From the NCBI GenBank assembly GCA_947450495.1, contig CANFVX010000001.1:16434-80433 (forward strand): a stretch of DNA of 64,000 nt, read 5' to 3'. Of this stretch, positions 31,899 through 43,410 are shown piece by piece. The translations under genes and the position numbers were made by a program. Numbering within the stretch: position 1 is the stretch's first letter; each line of letters starts with the position of its first letter. This stretch comes from Gammaproteobacteria bacterium (GTDB lineage Bacteria; Pseudomonadota; Gammaproteobacteria; Ga0077536). The notes beneath the pieces were generated by a model. It ran no database searches. It was not told the origin of the DNA and saw only the letters and a list, made by a program, of their open reading frames with translations.

Positions 31899-32564
31899 AT
31901 GGCGACAGTTGGAAATTTGGCGTCAAGCTTATGGGAAGCGTTTCGCCCTTACAATCGGCCTATTCTTGGCCGATGTGTGTTGTGCCTTGAGCTGATTAGT
32001 ACGGATGCGCTCTGCGGCCAATGTCTGGCCGACCTGCCGTGGCGCGCTGAACCACGCGTTCGTGGTTTTCGCGTAGGACACCCCTGCTATGCCAGTCTTC
32101 GATACGAATTTCCGGTGAGACGGCTCATCGCTAATGCAAAGTACAACAACAATGTGGGCCTGGCCTCGCTGTTGGGTGATCTGATGAGCCGAAATCTGCC
32201 GCCACTTGATTGGTCGGCTGTTTGCATTTGCCCGATGCCACAAAGCCTAAGGCGTCACTGGGCCCGCAGTTACAACCAAACTTGGCTGATGGCGGAGGCT
32301 ATCGGTTCGCACACCAAATCTTTGGTTAACCCGGATTTGTTGGTAAAGCGGAAGCACACAGCTGCGCAAAAAGGCCTAAGACGGCAGCGCCGACAAACAA
32401 ATTTGGTCGGCGCCTTTGAGGCCCCGTCAAGCGTCGAAGGGCTCCGAATCGTGCTGGTGGACGATGTCATCACCACCGGGGCCACCTTCGCTGCCGCCGC
32501 TGGTTGCCTGGCGCGACGCGGCGCCAGGGAGGTTGTGTGCTTAGCGGCGGCTGCCGTGCTTTAA
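31899..32564 (+). CDS. comF: ComF-family protein (zinc finger plus phosphoribosyltransferase)
   Basis: CVLC...[20 protein letters not shown]; divergent from bioB. Confidence 0.85.
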   Translation: MATVGNLASSLWEAFRPYNRPILGRCVLCLELISTDALCGQCLADLPWRAEPRVRGFRVGHPCYASLRYEFPVRRLIANAKYNNNVGLASLLGDLMSRNLPPLDWSAVCICPMPQSLRRHWARSYNQTWLMAEAIGSHTKSLVNPDLLVKRKHTAAQKGLRRQRRQTNLVGAFEAPSSVEGLRIVLVDDVITTGATFAAAAGCLARRGAREVVCLAAAAVL

Positions 32565-32572
32565 CAGGGTCG

Positions 32573-34981
<2,409 letters not shown>

Positions 34982-36058
34982 CTACGCAACTGAGAAAACG
35001 CCATGTTTCACGTGAAACTTTCGGACGTCATATGAACTCGAGGGAATCGTCAGGTCGTCGCCGTAGATTGCGGTTATGAATACTTGTCTATTTTCTTGCA
35101 GAAGAAGTGTGAGCGAGCGCTCCTGCGAATCGCGGTCTAACTCCGCACAAAGGTCATCCACCAGAATAAGAGGGGACTCCCCTCCATTGTTCTCTAGGGC
35201 TCGAACCTGAGCCTCCGCTATCAGGCAGGCTATTAACTTCGATTGCCCACGTGAGGTCGTCTGTTTTACCGGGAATCCGTTAAGGAGAATTTTTAAACCG
35301 GCCCTGTGCGGCCCGACTGTAGTAGCGCCTAGAAACTGCTCCCTGTCCCTCGATTCCCTCAAGGCATCCGCCAGACTAGTACCCTCTCGCCAACCTGCGG
35401 CATAGACGAGTGAAACATCACCCAGCGCTGCCAGATCAACATACATCCGGAGGTTAGCATTTAACCGATCTACGCATTTCCGGCGAAGGCGATCTAACTC
35501 TTCGCCCTGCGTTACAAATTCTTCAGTCCAATACCGCAATTCATCATCTTTCGAACTGCGCCGAATAAGTTGGTTACGATTTTGTAACGCTCGGAAATAA
35601 CGCTGGAACAGAACTAGATAGCCCTGTTCCACGTGAAACAACGTCCGATCAAGAATCCCTCTCCGGTAAGCGGGTGCGTTAGCCGCCATCTGGAACATTT
35701 GAGCATCCAACGACACCAACGGCATGTACGCCGCCAGCGACGACGCTGATCTAACCGCCTGCCCGTCCACCCGGCATATGGTCGCAGAGCGGGTCTTCTC
35801 TACGCCCATGGCCACCCGGCATCCTGCGAATTCAACCGTTCCGGTAACCATCGAAGACTGACAACCCTTAGCCACGAAATCCGACGCTGTAGCACCGGTA
35901 AAAGCCTTCCCCGTGCCTAGAACGCTCACAGCCTCGAGCAAACTACTTTTGCCGCTACCATTTCTGCCAACAATTACGTTTAAATTTCGCGCGAATTTCA
36001 GTCGTTGATCCGAAATATTTCTGAAATCCCGGATCACAACCTCCGACAATAGAGCCAT
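34982..36058 (-). CDS. recF: DNA replication/repair protein RecF (divergent)
   Basis: DFRN, GRNGSGKSSLLEA, GPHRA, SRGQ.K, LVDDL.AELD, QVFITA; lies between dnaN and gyrB. Confidence 0.92.
   Translation of the reverse strand: MALLSEVVIRDFRNISDQRLKFARNLNVIVGRNGSGKSSLLEAVSVLGTGKAFTGATASDFVAKGCQSSMVTGTVEFAGCRVAMGVEKTRSATICRVDGQAVRSASSLAAYMPLVSLDAQMFQMAANAPAYRRGILDRTLFHVEQGYLVLFQRYFRALQNRNQLIRRSSKDDELRYWTEEFVTQGEELDRLRRKCVDRLNANLRMYVDLAALGDVSLVYAAGWREGTSLADALRESRDREQFLGATTVGPHRAGLKILLNGFPVKQTTSRGQSKLIACLIAEAQVRALENNGGESPLILVDDLCAELDRDSQERSLTLLLQENRQVFITAIYGDDLTIPSSSYDVRKFHVKHGVFSVA
35004..35019. promoter_or_regulatory. parS site (ParB binding)
   Basis: TGTTTCACGTGAAACT, 15/16 to the consensus TGTTTCACGTGAAACA. 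Confidence 0.88.
35625..35640. promoter_or_regulatory. parS site (ParB binding)
   Basis: TGTTCCACGTGAAACA, matching the consensus TGTTNCACGTGAAACA. Confidence 0.9.
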
Positions 36059-36091
36059 CTATAAATATTTCACAACAGAGAGGCGGCCTGT

Positions 36092-37192
36092 TTATAGCCG
36101 CATTGGCATGATCACGTACTTAGCCCTCTCGTCATCCATTGCATAAATCACAGCGCTACTGTTGGCGTCAGACAACTCGATCCGTACGAATGGCGACTTC
36201 AGCACCGAAAGAACATCCAGAAGATAAGAGACATTGAACCCAATCTCCAGGTCAGCGCCTTCATATTCCACTTCGATGTCCTCCTCAGCTTCCTCCTGCT
36301 CCGGATTATTGGTCATCGCCTTTAGTAGGTCTCTGCTGAGCACTAGGCGCACACCTCTGAATTTTTCATTCGACAGGATGGACGTTCGCGAGAAAGCAGC
36401 CTTAATTGCCTCTCTGTTAGCAATAACCATTTTCTCGCCCTGCTTAGGTATAACCCTCTGATAATCAGGGAATTTTCCGTCAACAAGCTTCGCTATCAAC
36501 AACTGCCCAGCGATCTGTACGCTGATATGGTTTTCACCCAGAACTACCGTAACCAAGCCCTCGTGATGGCCTAGCATTCGTTGGATTTCCTGAACCGCTT
36601 TCCGGGGCACGATTACCTGGACCGGGTTTGTCAAACCGGTTGCGAGATCCCTGTCGCACAACGCCAACCGGTGACCATCTGTCGCTACAGCTCGGATAGT
36701 CGAGCTCGACAGTTCCAATAACAAACCGTTCAGGTAATAGCGGACGTCCTGATGCGCCATCGCAAACTGTGTGCTGCTAATCAGGTCTGAGAGGACGTTG
36801 GCGTCCGCTTCCAACTTGGTGACGGTGTTGAAACCTTCTACGGTCGGGAAATCCTCCGAGGGGAGCACTCCTAAACTGAACCGACTCCGCCCCGATTGGA
36901 CTTTACCTTTGCCACCACTGACATCGATTTGAAGCATTGAGTCCGGCGGCAAGCTTCGACAAATATCCAGAAGCTTCTTCGCAGGTAGCGTAGCCGAGCC
37001 CTCGCGTGCAATTTCTGCTCGACACGCGATTGAGACTTCCACTTCAAGGTCGCTCGCTGTCACCGAGAGTTCATCACCCTTAGCGGTTAGCAAAAAGTTT
37101 CCAAGGATTTGCATGGACTGCCGCCGATCCACGACGTTTCCAGCGGCTTGGAGAGCGGGTAACAATACTTCTCTACTAACAGATATTTTCAT
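36092..37192 (-). CDS. dnaN: DNA polymerase III beta clamp
   Basis: QFAMAHQDVRYYLNG, VATDGHRLA, GKFPDYQRV, IGFNVSYL, YVIMPMRL. Confidence 0.98.
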   Translation of the reverse strand: MKISVSREVLLPALQAAGNVVDRRQSMQILGNFLLTAKGDELSVTASDLEVEVSIACRAEIAREGSATLPAKKLLDICRSLPPDSMLQIDVSGGKGKVQSGRSRFSLGVLPSEDFPTVEGFNTVTKLEADANVLSDLISSTQFAMAHQDVRYYLNGLLLELSSSTIRAVATDGHRLALCDRDLATGLTNPVQVIVPRKAVQEIQRMLGHHEGLVTVVLGENHISVQIAGQLLIAKLVDGKFPDYQRVIPKQGEKMVIANREAIKAAFSRTSILSNEKFRGVRLVLSRDLLKAMTNNPEQEEAEEDIEVEYEGADLEIGFNVSYLLDVLSVLKSPFVRIELSDANSSAVIYAMDDERAKYVIMPMRL

Positions 37193-37385
37193 ATGAATAT
37201 CAGACTTATTGTGATTATTAGGCGCCGTTTTTCTGTGGAAAAGATTATTAGGTTTTAGAAATCATATGCTTAGGGTCCTCCGCCGTGCGCTGTTTAGCTG
37301 TGCATAACTACGCTGTTTATGTGCACAAAAACAAATCTTCGGATCCAAGCGGTCCCTAATTATGAATCTACCCACAGCTTCTACC
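37193..37385. other. Probable chromosomal replication origin oriC
   Basis: AT-rich 193-bp dnaN-dnaA spacer with DnaA boxes TGTGGAAAA (37234-42) and TGTGCATAA (37299-307), weaker TGTGCACAA (37320-28) and CTACCCACA (37368-76), and a DUE-like tract beside the first box. Confidence 0.8.
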
Positions 37386-38735
37386 CTAGCTTGTAAGTAT
37401 CCGTTCCAAGTTCGAATAGTCTTCTCGTAATCGCTCTTCAATCCGCCTAAGTTCGGCAATTTTACGGCACGCATGGATGACTGTTGTGTGGTCCCTGCCG
37501 CCAAATGCATCGCCAATCTCCGGGAGGCTGTGATTCGTCAGCTCTTTCGCTAATGCCATCGCTATCTGACGAGGACGTGCGACGGACCTGTTACGTCGCT
37601 TGGACAACAGATCGGCGACACGCATCTTGAAGTACTCAGCAACCGTCCGCTGGATGTTTTCAACCGTAACCTGCTTATCTTGCAATGCGAGCAGGTCTTT
37701 AAGTGCTTCTTTTGCGAAATCGAGCGTGATGTCGGTCTGACCAGCGAAATTGGACTTCGCTACTACTCGATGCAAAGCCCCTTCGAGCTCACGAATGTTG
37801 GATTTGAATCTTTTGGCTATGAAAAAAGCCACCTCATGAGGCAATCGAATTGGTGTCGCCTGAGCTTTACTTAAAAGGATCGCAACCCGCGTTTCCAATT
37901 CAGCCGGCTCGATTGCGACTGTCAGACCCCAACCGAAGCGTGACTTAAGCCGATCTTCAATTCCCACTACCTCTTTGGGGTAACGGTCACACGTTAAAAT
38001 GACCTGCTTTTGACTTTCCAGCAGGCTATTGAATGTGTGAAACAACTCTTCCTGAGACCGTTCTTTCCCGGCGAAGAATTGAATGTCGTCAATCATCAGC
38101 GCATCGACGGAACGATAGTGTTTCTTAAAGTCGGTGATCGTGTTGTGCTGAAGGGCACGCACCATATCTGCGACAAAACGCTCGGAGTGTAAGTACGCCA
38201 CCCTAGCGGTTGGATTTTTCGAAAAAAGGTGATTTCCCACAGCGTGCATAAGATGCGTTTTCCCCAAGCCAACCCCACCGCAAATGAACAGTGGGTTGTA
38301 GGACTTGCCTGGGTTTTCTGCAATCTGAATCGAGGCTGCCCGCGCCAACTGGTTAGATTTTCCCTCAACAAAATTCTCAAACGTGAACTCTTTTCGAACG
38401 GTCGTCGGAATTCGCCTTGAAGGGCTTGCCTTCGTTGATGCAGGCGCCTTCTCTTGCACAACGCGCGTACCGACATCGGTCACATCCGCAAGGGAGCCGG
38501 CCGCCACGATCATCGTTGCGGTCACCGTTTTGCCGGAAAACTCATCCAGTAGTTCAACGATTCGAGTCCAGTAGCGTTCCCGAACCCAGTCCAGCACAAA
38601 CTTGTTGGGCGACCTGATTTCCAGCACATCCTCAGCGGTGGCAATCGCCGCTAAAGGCCGAACCCAAGTGTTGAACTGTTGGGGCGTCAGCTCTTCTTCT
38701 AACTTGGCTTTACATTGTTGCCACAGAAGGCTCAT
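37386..38735 (-). CDS. dnaA: Chromosomal replication initiator DnaA
   Basis: [53 protein letters not shown]; start set at MSLLWQQC. Confidence 0.98.
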   Translation of the reverse strand: MSLLWQQCKAKLEEELTPQQFNTWVRPLAAIATAEDVLEIRSPNKFVLDWVRERYWTRIVELLDEFSGKTVTATMIVAAGSLADVTDVGTRVVQEKAPASTKASPSRRIPTTVRKEFTFENFVEGKSNQLARAASIQIAENPGKSYNPLFICGGVGLGKTHLMHAVGNHLFSKNPTARVAYLHSERFVADMVRALQHNTITDFKKHYRSVDALMIDDIQFFAGKERSQEELFHTFNSLLESQKQVILTCDRYPKEVVGIEDRLKSRFGWGLTVAIEPAELETRVAILLSKAQATPIRLPHEVAFFIAKRFKSNIRELEGALHRVVAKSNFAGQTDITLDFAKEALKDLLALQDKQVTVENIQRTVAEYFKMRVADLLSKRRNRSVARPRQIAMALAKELTNHSLPEIGDAFGGRDHTTVIHACRKIAELRRIEERLREDYSNLERILTS

Positions 38736-38839
38736 GAGATGTTTCGGATGCTGGTCATCTATGACGGGCGACCGAGTGTATACCCGAGACACTGCCTAAG
38801 CCATTTAATGCGTAAGACTCCGGCAGGGTGTTGTTTTGA

Positions 38840-38869
38840 TTGACACTAATCAGCATCGGAACGTATCCT
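38840..38869 (+). promoter_or_regulatory. Candidate sigma70 promoter for the rpmH operon
   Basis: TTGACA-18 nt-TATCCT. Confidence 0.6.
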
Positions 38870-38943
38870 CCTCGGCCCGGTAGCAGAACATAACAACGAC
38901 AGCACATCGCACTGTCCAATAGCCTTCCAGTAGAGAAACAAAG

Positions 38944-39081
38944 ATGAAACGCACCTACCAACCCAGCAAACTCAAGCGCGCCCGAGCGCACGGTTTTAGA
39001 GCCCGCATGAGAACTCGAGGCGGCCGTTCAGTCATTAGAGCCCGCCGAGCCAAAGGCCGTGCGCGTCTGACCCAAGTCTGA
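38944..39081 (+). CDS. rpmH: 50S ribosomal protein L34
   Basis: Manual translation [45 protein letters not shown]; not in the ORF track. Confidence 0.97.
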   Translation: MKRTYQPSKLKRARAHGFRARMRTRGGRSVIRARRAKGRARLTQV

Positions 39082-39470
39082 GTTCCCAAGAATTTACATT
39101 TCGGCCGGAACACCGACTGAGAGAGGCGCAGGCTTTCGACGCCCTTTTCAAAAGCGGCACCCGCGCATCTGACAAATTCTTCACCTACATCGCTTTACCC
39201 AATACGCTCGGCCACGCGCGACTCGGCATCGCGGTTAGCAAGAAATCGCTTCGTTTAGCAGTTGACCGGAACCGGGCTAAACGAATTATCCGCGAGAGCT
39301 TCCGCCACTCGAGCGTACGAAACATCCCCATGGATATCGTTGTGCTAGCGAAAAATACTGTAGCTGGCCAGTCTCCTGAACTCCTGGTCAAAGCACTGTC
39401 TGACCGCTGGCCTACCTTGATCATCTTTCACACCCGTCTAACCTCAAGCCCCACCGGTAAATCCTTGTGA
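39078..39470 (+). CDS. rnpA: Ribonuclease P protein component (probable CTG start)
   Basis: Manual translation ...[17 protein letters not shown]...[11 protein letters not shown]...[16 protein letters not shown]...DIVVLA, with the RNR motif; overlaps rpmH (CTGA) and yidC (GTGA). Not in the ORF track. Confidence 0.92.
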   Translation: MSSQEFTFRPEHRLREAQAFDALFKSGTRASDKFFTYIALPNTLGHARLGIAVSKKSLRLAVDRNRAKRIIRESFRHSSVRNIPMDIVVLAKNTVAGQSPELLVKALSDRWPTLIIFHTRLTSSPTGKSL

Positions 39471-41089
39471 CGACCGAAAACATTCGCCTGTTGCTAGTCA
39501 TTTTGCTCAGTTTTGTCGGCCTCCTCTTGTGGGAGGCTTGGCAAAGAGACTATGGATCTCACCCAACCAGCGAACCGGTAGCGCTTCAGCCCCCCCCTGT
39601 CTCTACTCCAACGCTCCCCTCCCCAACTCCGGCAACGCCGCCAGATTCAGCATCTGCAACCCCAGCGACCACGAAATCGCCACTGAGAGTCGAAACCGAT
39701 GTTCTGGCTCTCGAAGTAAACCCGGTGGGCGGCGTATTGCAGAAACTTACCCTGCTGAAATACGCCGACTCTGATCAGCAGTCTGGTTTGGCCTACGACT
39801 TACTATCGCCAAGCGCGGAGCACGAATTCCTTGCCGAGGCCGGGTTAAAGGGCGCAGAGCTTAGCGCCGATCACTACACTGTTTTTGAGTCCCCTCAGAC
39901 TCAATACGCACTAGCTCCCGGTCAGGATGTTTTAGAAGTACCGCTGCGCTGGCACTCTGCCAATGGCCTGGAGGTCACCCGTACCCTGATATTTCACAGA
40001 GGCTCTTACGCTGTCGAAGAGCGCTTCGATGTTCACAACACCGGCCCGTCGCCATGGACATTTAATCACTACCAACAGCTCAAACGTCTGAGCATGCCGG
40101 CTGGTCGTCAGTTGGTCCCAACCTTCACTGGCGTTGCCGTTTCTACGCCTGAAAAGCACTACAGCAAGCACAAATTTACCGATCTCAAAGATGAACCAAT
40201 TGATGCAGACGTTACGGCAGGTTGGCTCGCTGTTGTTGAGCACTACTTTCTCGCAGCGCTCATTCCGAATCCTCAGGTTAAGCAGCACTTCTACTCGTAT
40301 GCCCTGACGAGTAATCGCTACATCGTCGGATTTTACGGCCCTGCGGTGACTGTCCCGAGTGGCGGCAGCGCGACGGTTTCAAATCGACTTTTTCTGGGCC
40401 CCAAGCTTCAGGAAACCTTACCGACGATTGCACCTGGCCTTGAGTTAACCGTCGATTACGGTGTGCTGTGGTTCATCGCTCAATTCCTTTTTTCAGTTCT
40501 CAAAATTCTGCACGCAGTACTGGGCAACTGGGGCTGGTCAATCATCGTTCTGACTCTGCTCATCAAACTTGCGTTCTATCCACTTTCTGCCGCTGGGTAT
40601 CGCTCGATGGCGAGAATGCGGGCGGTCCAACCCCGCTTGCTCCAGTTGCGGGAACGCTACGCCGAAGACAAAGCCAAACTTAATCAGGCAATGATGGAAA
40701 TGTACAAGCAGGAGAAGATAAATCCGCTTGGCGGCTGCTTTCCGATTGTGGTTCAAATCCCGGTGTTCATTTCCTTGTACTGGATGATTTTGGAGAGCAT
40801 CGAATTACGTCAGGCGCCTTTCATTTTCTGGATTCAGGACCTGTCGACCAAGGATCCGTTTTATGTTCTGCCCGGCCTGATGCTGATCAGCATGGTGATT
40901 CAAACCCGACTCAACCCCACACCACCCGACCCGGTACAGGCCAAGGTCATGCAGATCATGCCCATCGCCTTTGGCGTCTTCTTTGCCTTTTTCCCGGCGG
41001 GACTGGTGCTTTACTGGTTGGTGAATAACGTGTTGTCGATTTCCCAACAGTGGTACATCACTCGCCAGATAGAGAAGGCTGCGGGATAA
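39467..41089 (+). CDS. yidC: Membrane protein insertase YidC
   Basis: N-terminal TM, periplasmic domain, VDYG, GNWGWSII, NPLGGCFP, FPAGLVLYW. Confidence 0.97.
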   Translation: MTTENIRLLLVILLSFVGLLLWEAWQRDYGSHPTSEPVALQPPPVSTPTLPSPTPATPPDSASATPATTKSPLRVETDVLALEVNPVGGVLQKLTLLKYADSDQQSGLAYDLLSPSAEHEFLAEAGLKGAELSADHYTVFESPQTQYALAPGQDVLEVPLRWHSANGLEVTRTLIFHRGSYAVEERFDVHNTGPSPWTFNHYQQLKRLSMPAGRQLVPTFTGVAVSTPEKHYSKHKFTDLKDEPIDADVTAGWLAVVEHYFLAALIPNPQVKQHFYSYALTSNRYIVGFYGPAVTVPSGGSATVSNRLFLGPKLQETLPTIAPGLELTVDYGVLWFIAQFLFSVLKILHAVLGNWGWSIIVLTLLIKLAFYPLSAAGYRSMARMRAVQPRLLQLRERYAEDKAKLNQAMMEMYKQEKINPLGGCFPIVVQIPVFISLYWMILESIELRQAPFIFWIQDLSTKDPFYVLPGLMLISMVIQTRLNPTPPDPVQAKVMQIMPIAFGVFFAFFPAGLVLYWLVNNVLSISQQWYITRQIEKAAG

Positions 41090-41115
41090 GTCGGCATCCC
41101 GGCGAGCGCTCCGCT

Positions 41116-42459
41116 ATGCGAGGTTCCGCCGACACCATCGCCGCTATAGCCACAGCGCCTGGCCGTGGCGCGATCGGGATCGTGCGCATCTCCGGCAGAG
41201 ATCTCGCGGGTCTCTTGCAGCCCGTTATCGGCGTGCTGCCGGCTCCTCGAGCGGCGACACTCCGCAAGTTCTACGCGCCAGACCAAAACTTGATAGATCA
41301 GGGGCTGGTGATTTTCTTCCCCGGCCCCTTTTCCTATACGGGTGAAGACCTGATCGAACTCCACGCGCATGGGGGTCCCGCCGTATTGAAGACCTTGCTC
41401 AGCGCAATCTATGCAACCGGTGCACGGCCAGCGCGACCAGGCGAGTTTACAGAACGCGCTTTCCTCAACGAGAAAATCGACCTTTTACAGGCCGAGGCGG
41501 TAGCTTCTCTGATAGAGGCTTCCAGTCATCACGCCGCTTCAGCGGCCGCCCGCGCGTGCACTGGAGAATTTTCCCATCGCGTCAGTTTGATCAACGAATC
41601 GATTGTCCGATTACGGGTTTTTCTGGAAGCCCACATCGATTTCGGTGATGAAGTCGCGGTTGATCTCACACCAGTCCAGCATCAATTCCAAACGCTGACG
41701 GAAAGCCTGTCGCAGTTGCTAGCTGTCGCTAGTCAAGGCGCGAAGCTGAACGATGGTCTCGACATCGCGATTGTCGGGCGGCCAAATAGCGGCAAGTCCA
41801 CGCTCCTCAACCGGCTTTGCGGAGAAGACCGGGCCATTGTCACGCCCATTCCGGGGACCACCCGCGATGTCCTCTCCGTAGACGTTGACTTGAATGGTCT
41901 GTGTTTACGCATTCACGATACGGCGGGTCTGCGAGAAACCGAAGACATCGTGGAGCAGGAAGGCGTAAAGCGTGCGCTCTCGCAACTAGAACGCGCTGAA
42001 ATCCTTATCCACGTTGTTTCCGTTGAAGACGCCGAACTCCCCGCACCACCAGAGATCTTAACGGCCGAAAAAGCACAAAAAAATGTGCTTACCGTGATTA
42101 ACAAGATAGACCTTCGTCAGGAGTCGCCCACCCTGCTCCAGCACGACGGACTCTTTCAGGTCCGAATATCCGCGCTGAGGGATCAAGGCCTTTCTCTCGT
42201 GAAAGAAGCGCTGCATGAAATCGCCGGCGCCCAGCACATCACGGATGCACCGTTTATTGCCCGCGCCCGCCATGTGGATGCACTTCAGCGTTGTCTGACC
42301 GCCAGCCTGACCGGTGCAGCCGAGTGCATGGATGGCGCCATAGAATTGGCCTGTGAACAACTGCGTGTCGCGAGTTTATGTCTTGAGGAGATGACCGGCG
42401 TTTATACCAACGAAGACCTGTTGGGCGATATTTTTTCCACGTTCTGTATTGGCAAGTAG
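41116..42459 (+). CDS. mnmE: tRNA modification GTPase MnmE
   Basis: DTIAAIATAPG.G, SYTGED, PGEFTERAFLN, GRPNSGKS, GTTRD, DTAG, NKID, FCIGK. Confidence 0.97.
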   Translation: MRGSADTIAAIATAPGRGAIGIVRISGRDLAGLLQPVIGVLPAPRAATLRKFYAPDQNLIDQGLVIFFPGPFSYTGEDLIELHAHGGPAVLKTLLSAIYATGARPARPGEFTERAFLNEKIDLLQAEAVASLIEASSHHAASAAARACTGEFSHRVSLINESIVRLRVFLEAHIDFGDEVAVDLTPVQHQFQTLTESLSQLLAVASQGAKLNDGLDIAIVGRPNSGKSTLLNRLCGEDRAIVTPIPGTTRDVLSVDVDLNGLCLRIHDTAGLRETEDIVEQEGVKRALSQLERAEILIHVVSVEDAELPAPPEILTAEKAQKNVLTVINKIDLRQESPTLLQHDGLFQVRISALRDQGLSLVKEALHEIAGAQHITDAPFIARARHVDALQRCLTASLTGAAECMDGAIELACEQLRVASLCLEEMTGVYTNEDLLGDIFSTFCIGK

Positions 42460-42481
42460 TTGTCGATACTAGACGCTTGCC

Positions 42482-43408
42482 ATGCAGCGCCTGCTTTTCA
42501 TCACGCTCAGTAATATTGGCGACGTTGTTCTCACGACGCCGGCGTTGCTCGCGCTACACCAAGCGTGGCCCGATGCCCAGATTGATATCGTTGCTGACCG
42601 CCGCTCAAGCGATGTTCTGAAACATTGCCCGTTTGTGGGCGAGCTTTTTCATCGCGACAAAGGCGCTGGAATCGGGGTGCACTGGTCTTTGCTCAAGCAG
42701 TTAAGGCGCCGCCGCTACGATGTCGTCGTCGACCTGCGCACCGACTTCCTGCCCTGGCTGCTCCGCGCTGATCATAGGAGCGCCAAATGGCTTGCGCCGA
42801 AGGTCTTGGGTCATGCCGTGCAGAGACATGTGGCTGCACTGCTGCCCATCATGCCAAGCCTCCAACACATCCCTGACCCGCAGGTGTGGACCAGTCTCGC
42901 GGCCGAAGAATGGGCTGGCCTACAGCTAAAGCCATACAGCGGACGCGTGCTTGCCATCGCTCCCGGTGCTAACTGGGCCCCGAAGTGTTGGCCTTTAGCC
43001 CGTTACATCGCGCTTGCCCAGCGGCTTACGCCAGAGTTCGATGCGCTGGTGATTTTCGGCAGTCCGGCGGAAGCAGGAGCCGCTCAGGCGATCGAAAGCG
43101 CTGTCGCGTTGCCGGTGCTCAATCTTGCCGGGCAGACCACGCTACCGCAGGCGGTCGCCGCGCTGAGTTATTGTCATGCTTTTGTGGGCAACGACTCCGG
43201 CCTTGGTCATCTGGCAGCCGCATGCCGGGTACCGACCCTAAGCATCTTTGGACCGGGTCATCCAGCGCGCTATAGACCCTGGGGATCGCTGGCTGCAGTC
43301 ATTTGCGCGCCCGCTGCCGATCTGAACCAGTTGCCGGTTAATCTGGTCGCCGAACGGCTGCGCGACCATTTGTGCCAACTCCGCCAATCAACCAAGCGGC
43401 AAAGCTAG
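42482..43408 (+). CDS. Glycosyltransferase family 9 (heptosyltransferase-like)
   Basis: SNIGDVVLTTP, APGA...KCWP, NLAGQT, GNDSGLGHLAAA, FGP. Confidence 0.88.
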   Translation: MQRLLFITLSNIGDVVLTTPALLALHQAWPDAQIDIVADRRSSDVLKHCPFVGELFHRDKGAGIGVHWSLLKQLRRRRYDVVVDLRTDFLPWLLRADHRSAKWLAPKVLGHAVQRHVAALLPIMPSLQHIPDPQVWTSLAAEEWAGLQLKPYSGRVLAIAPGANWAPKCWPLARYIALAQRLTPEFDALVIFGSPAEAGAAQAIESAVALPVLNLAGQTTLPQAVAALSYCHAFVGNDSGLGHLAAACRVPTLSIFGPGHPARYRPWGSLAAVICAPAADLNQLPVNLVAERLRDHLCQLRQSTKRQS

Positions 43409-43410
43409 CG

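Noticed and set aside
31848..31930. BirA operator upstream of bioB
   Set aside because: No TGTAAAC/TGTCAAC...GTTGACA-type palindrome is visible.
38836..38853. FNR-like site (TTGAT...ATCAG) at the rpmH -35
   Set aside because: The spacer is 8 nt rather than 4 and the right half-site is imperfect.
42005..42013. DnaA-box-like TTATCCACG in mnmE (and GGTGGATAA in gyrB)
   Set aside because: Isolated one-mismatch 9-mers inside coding sequence are expected by chance.
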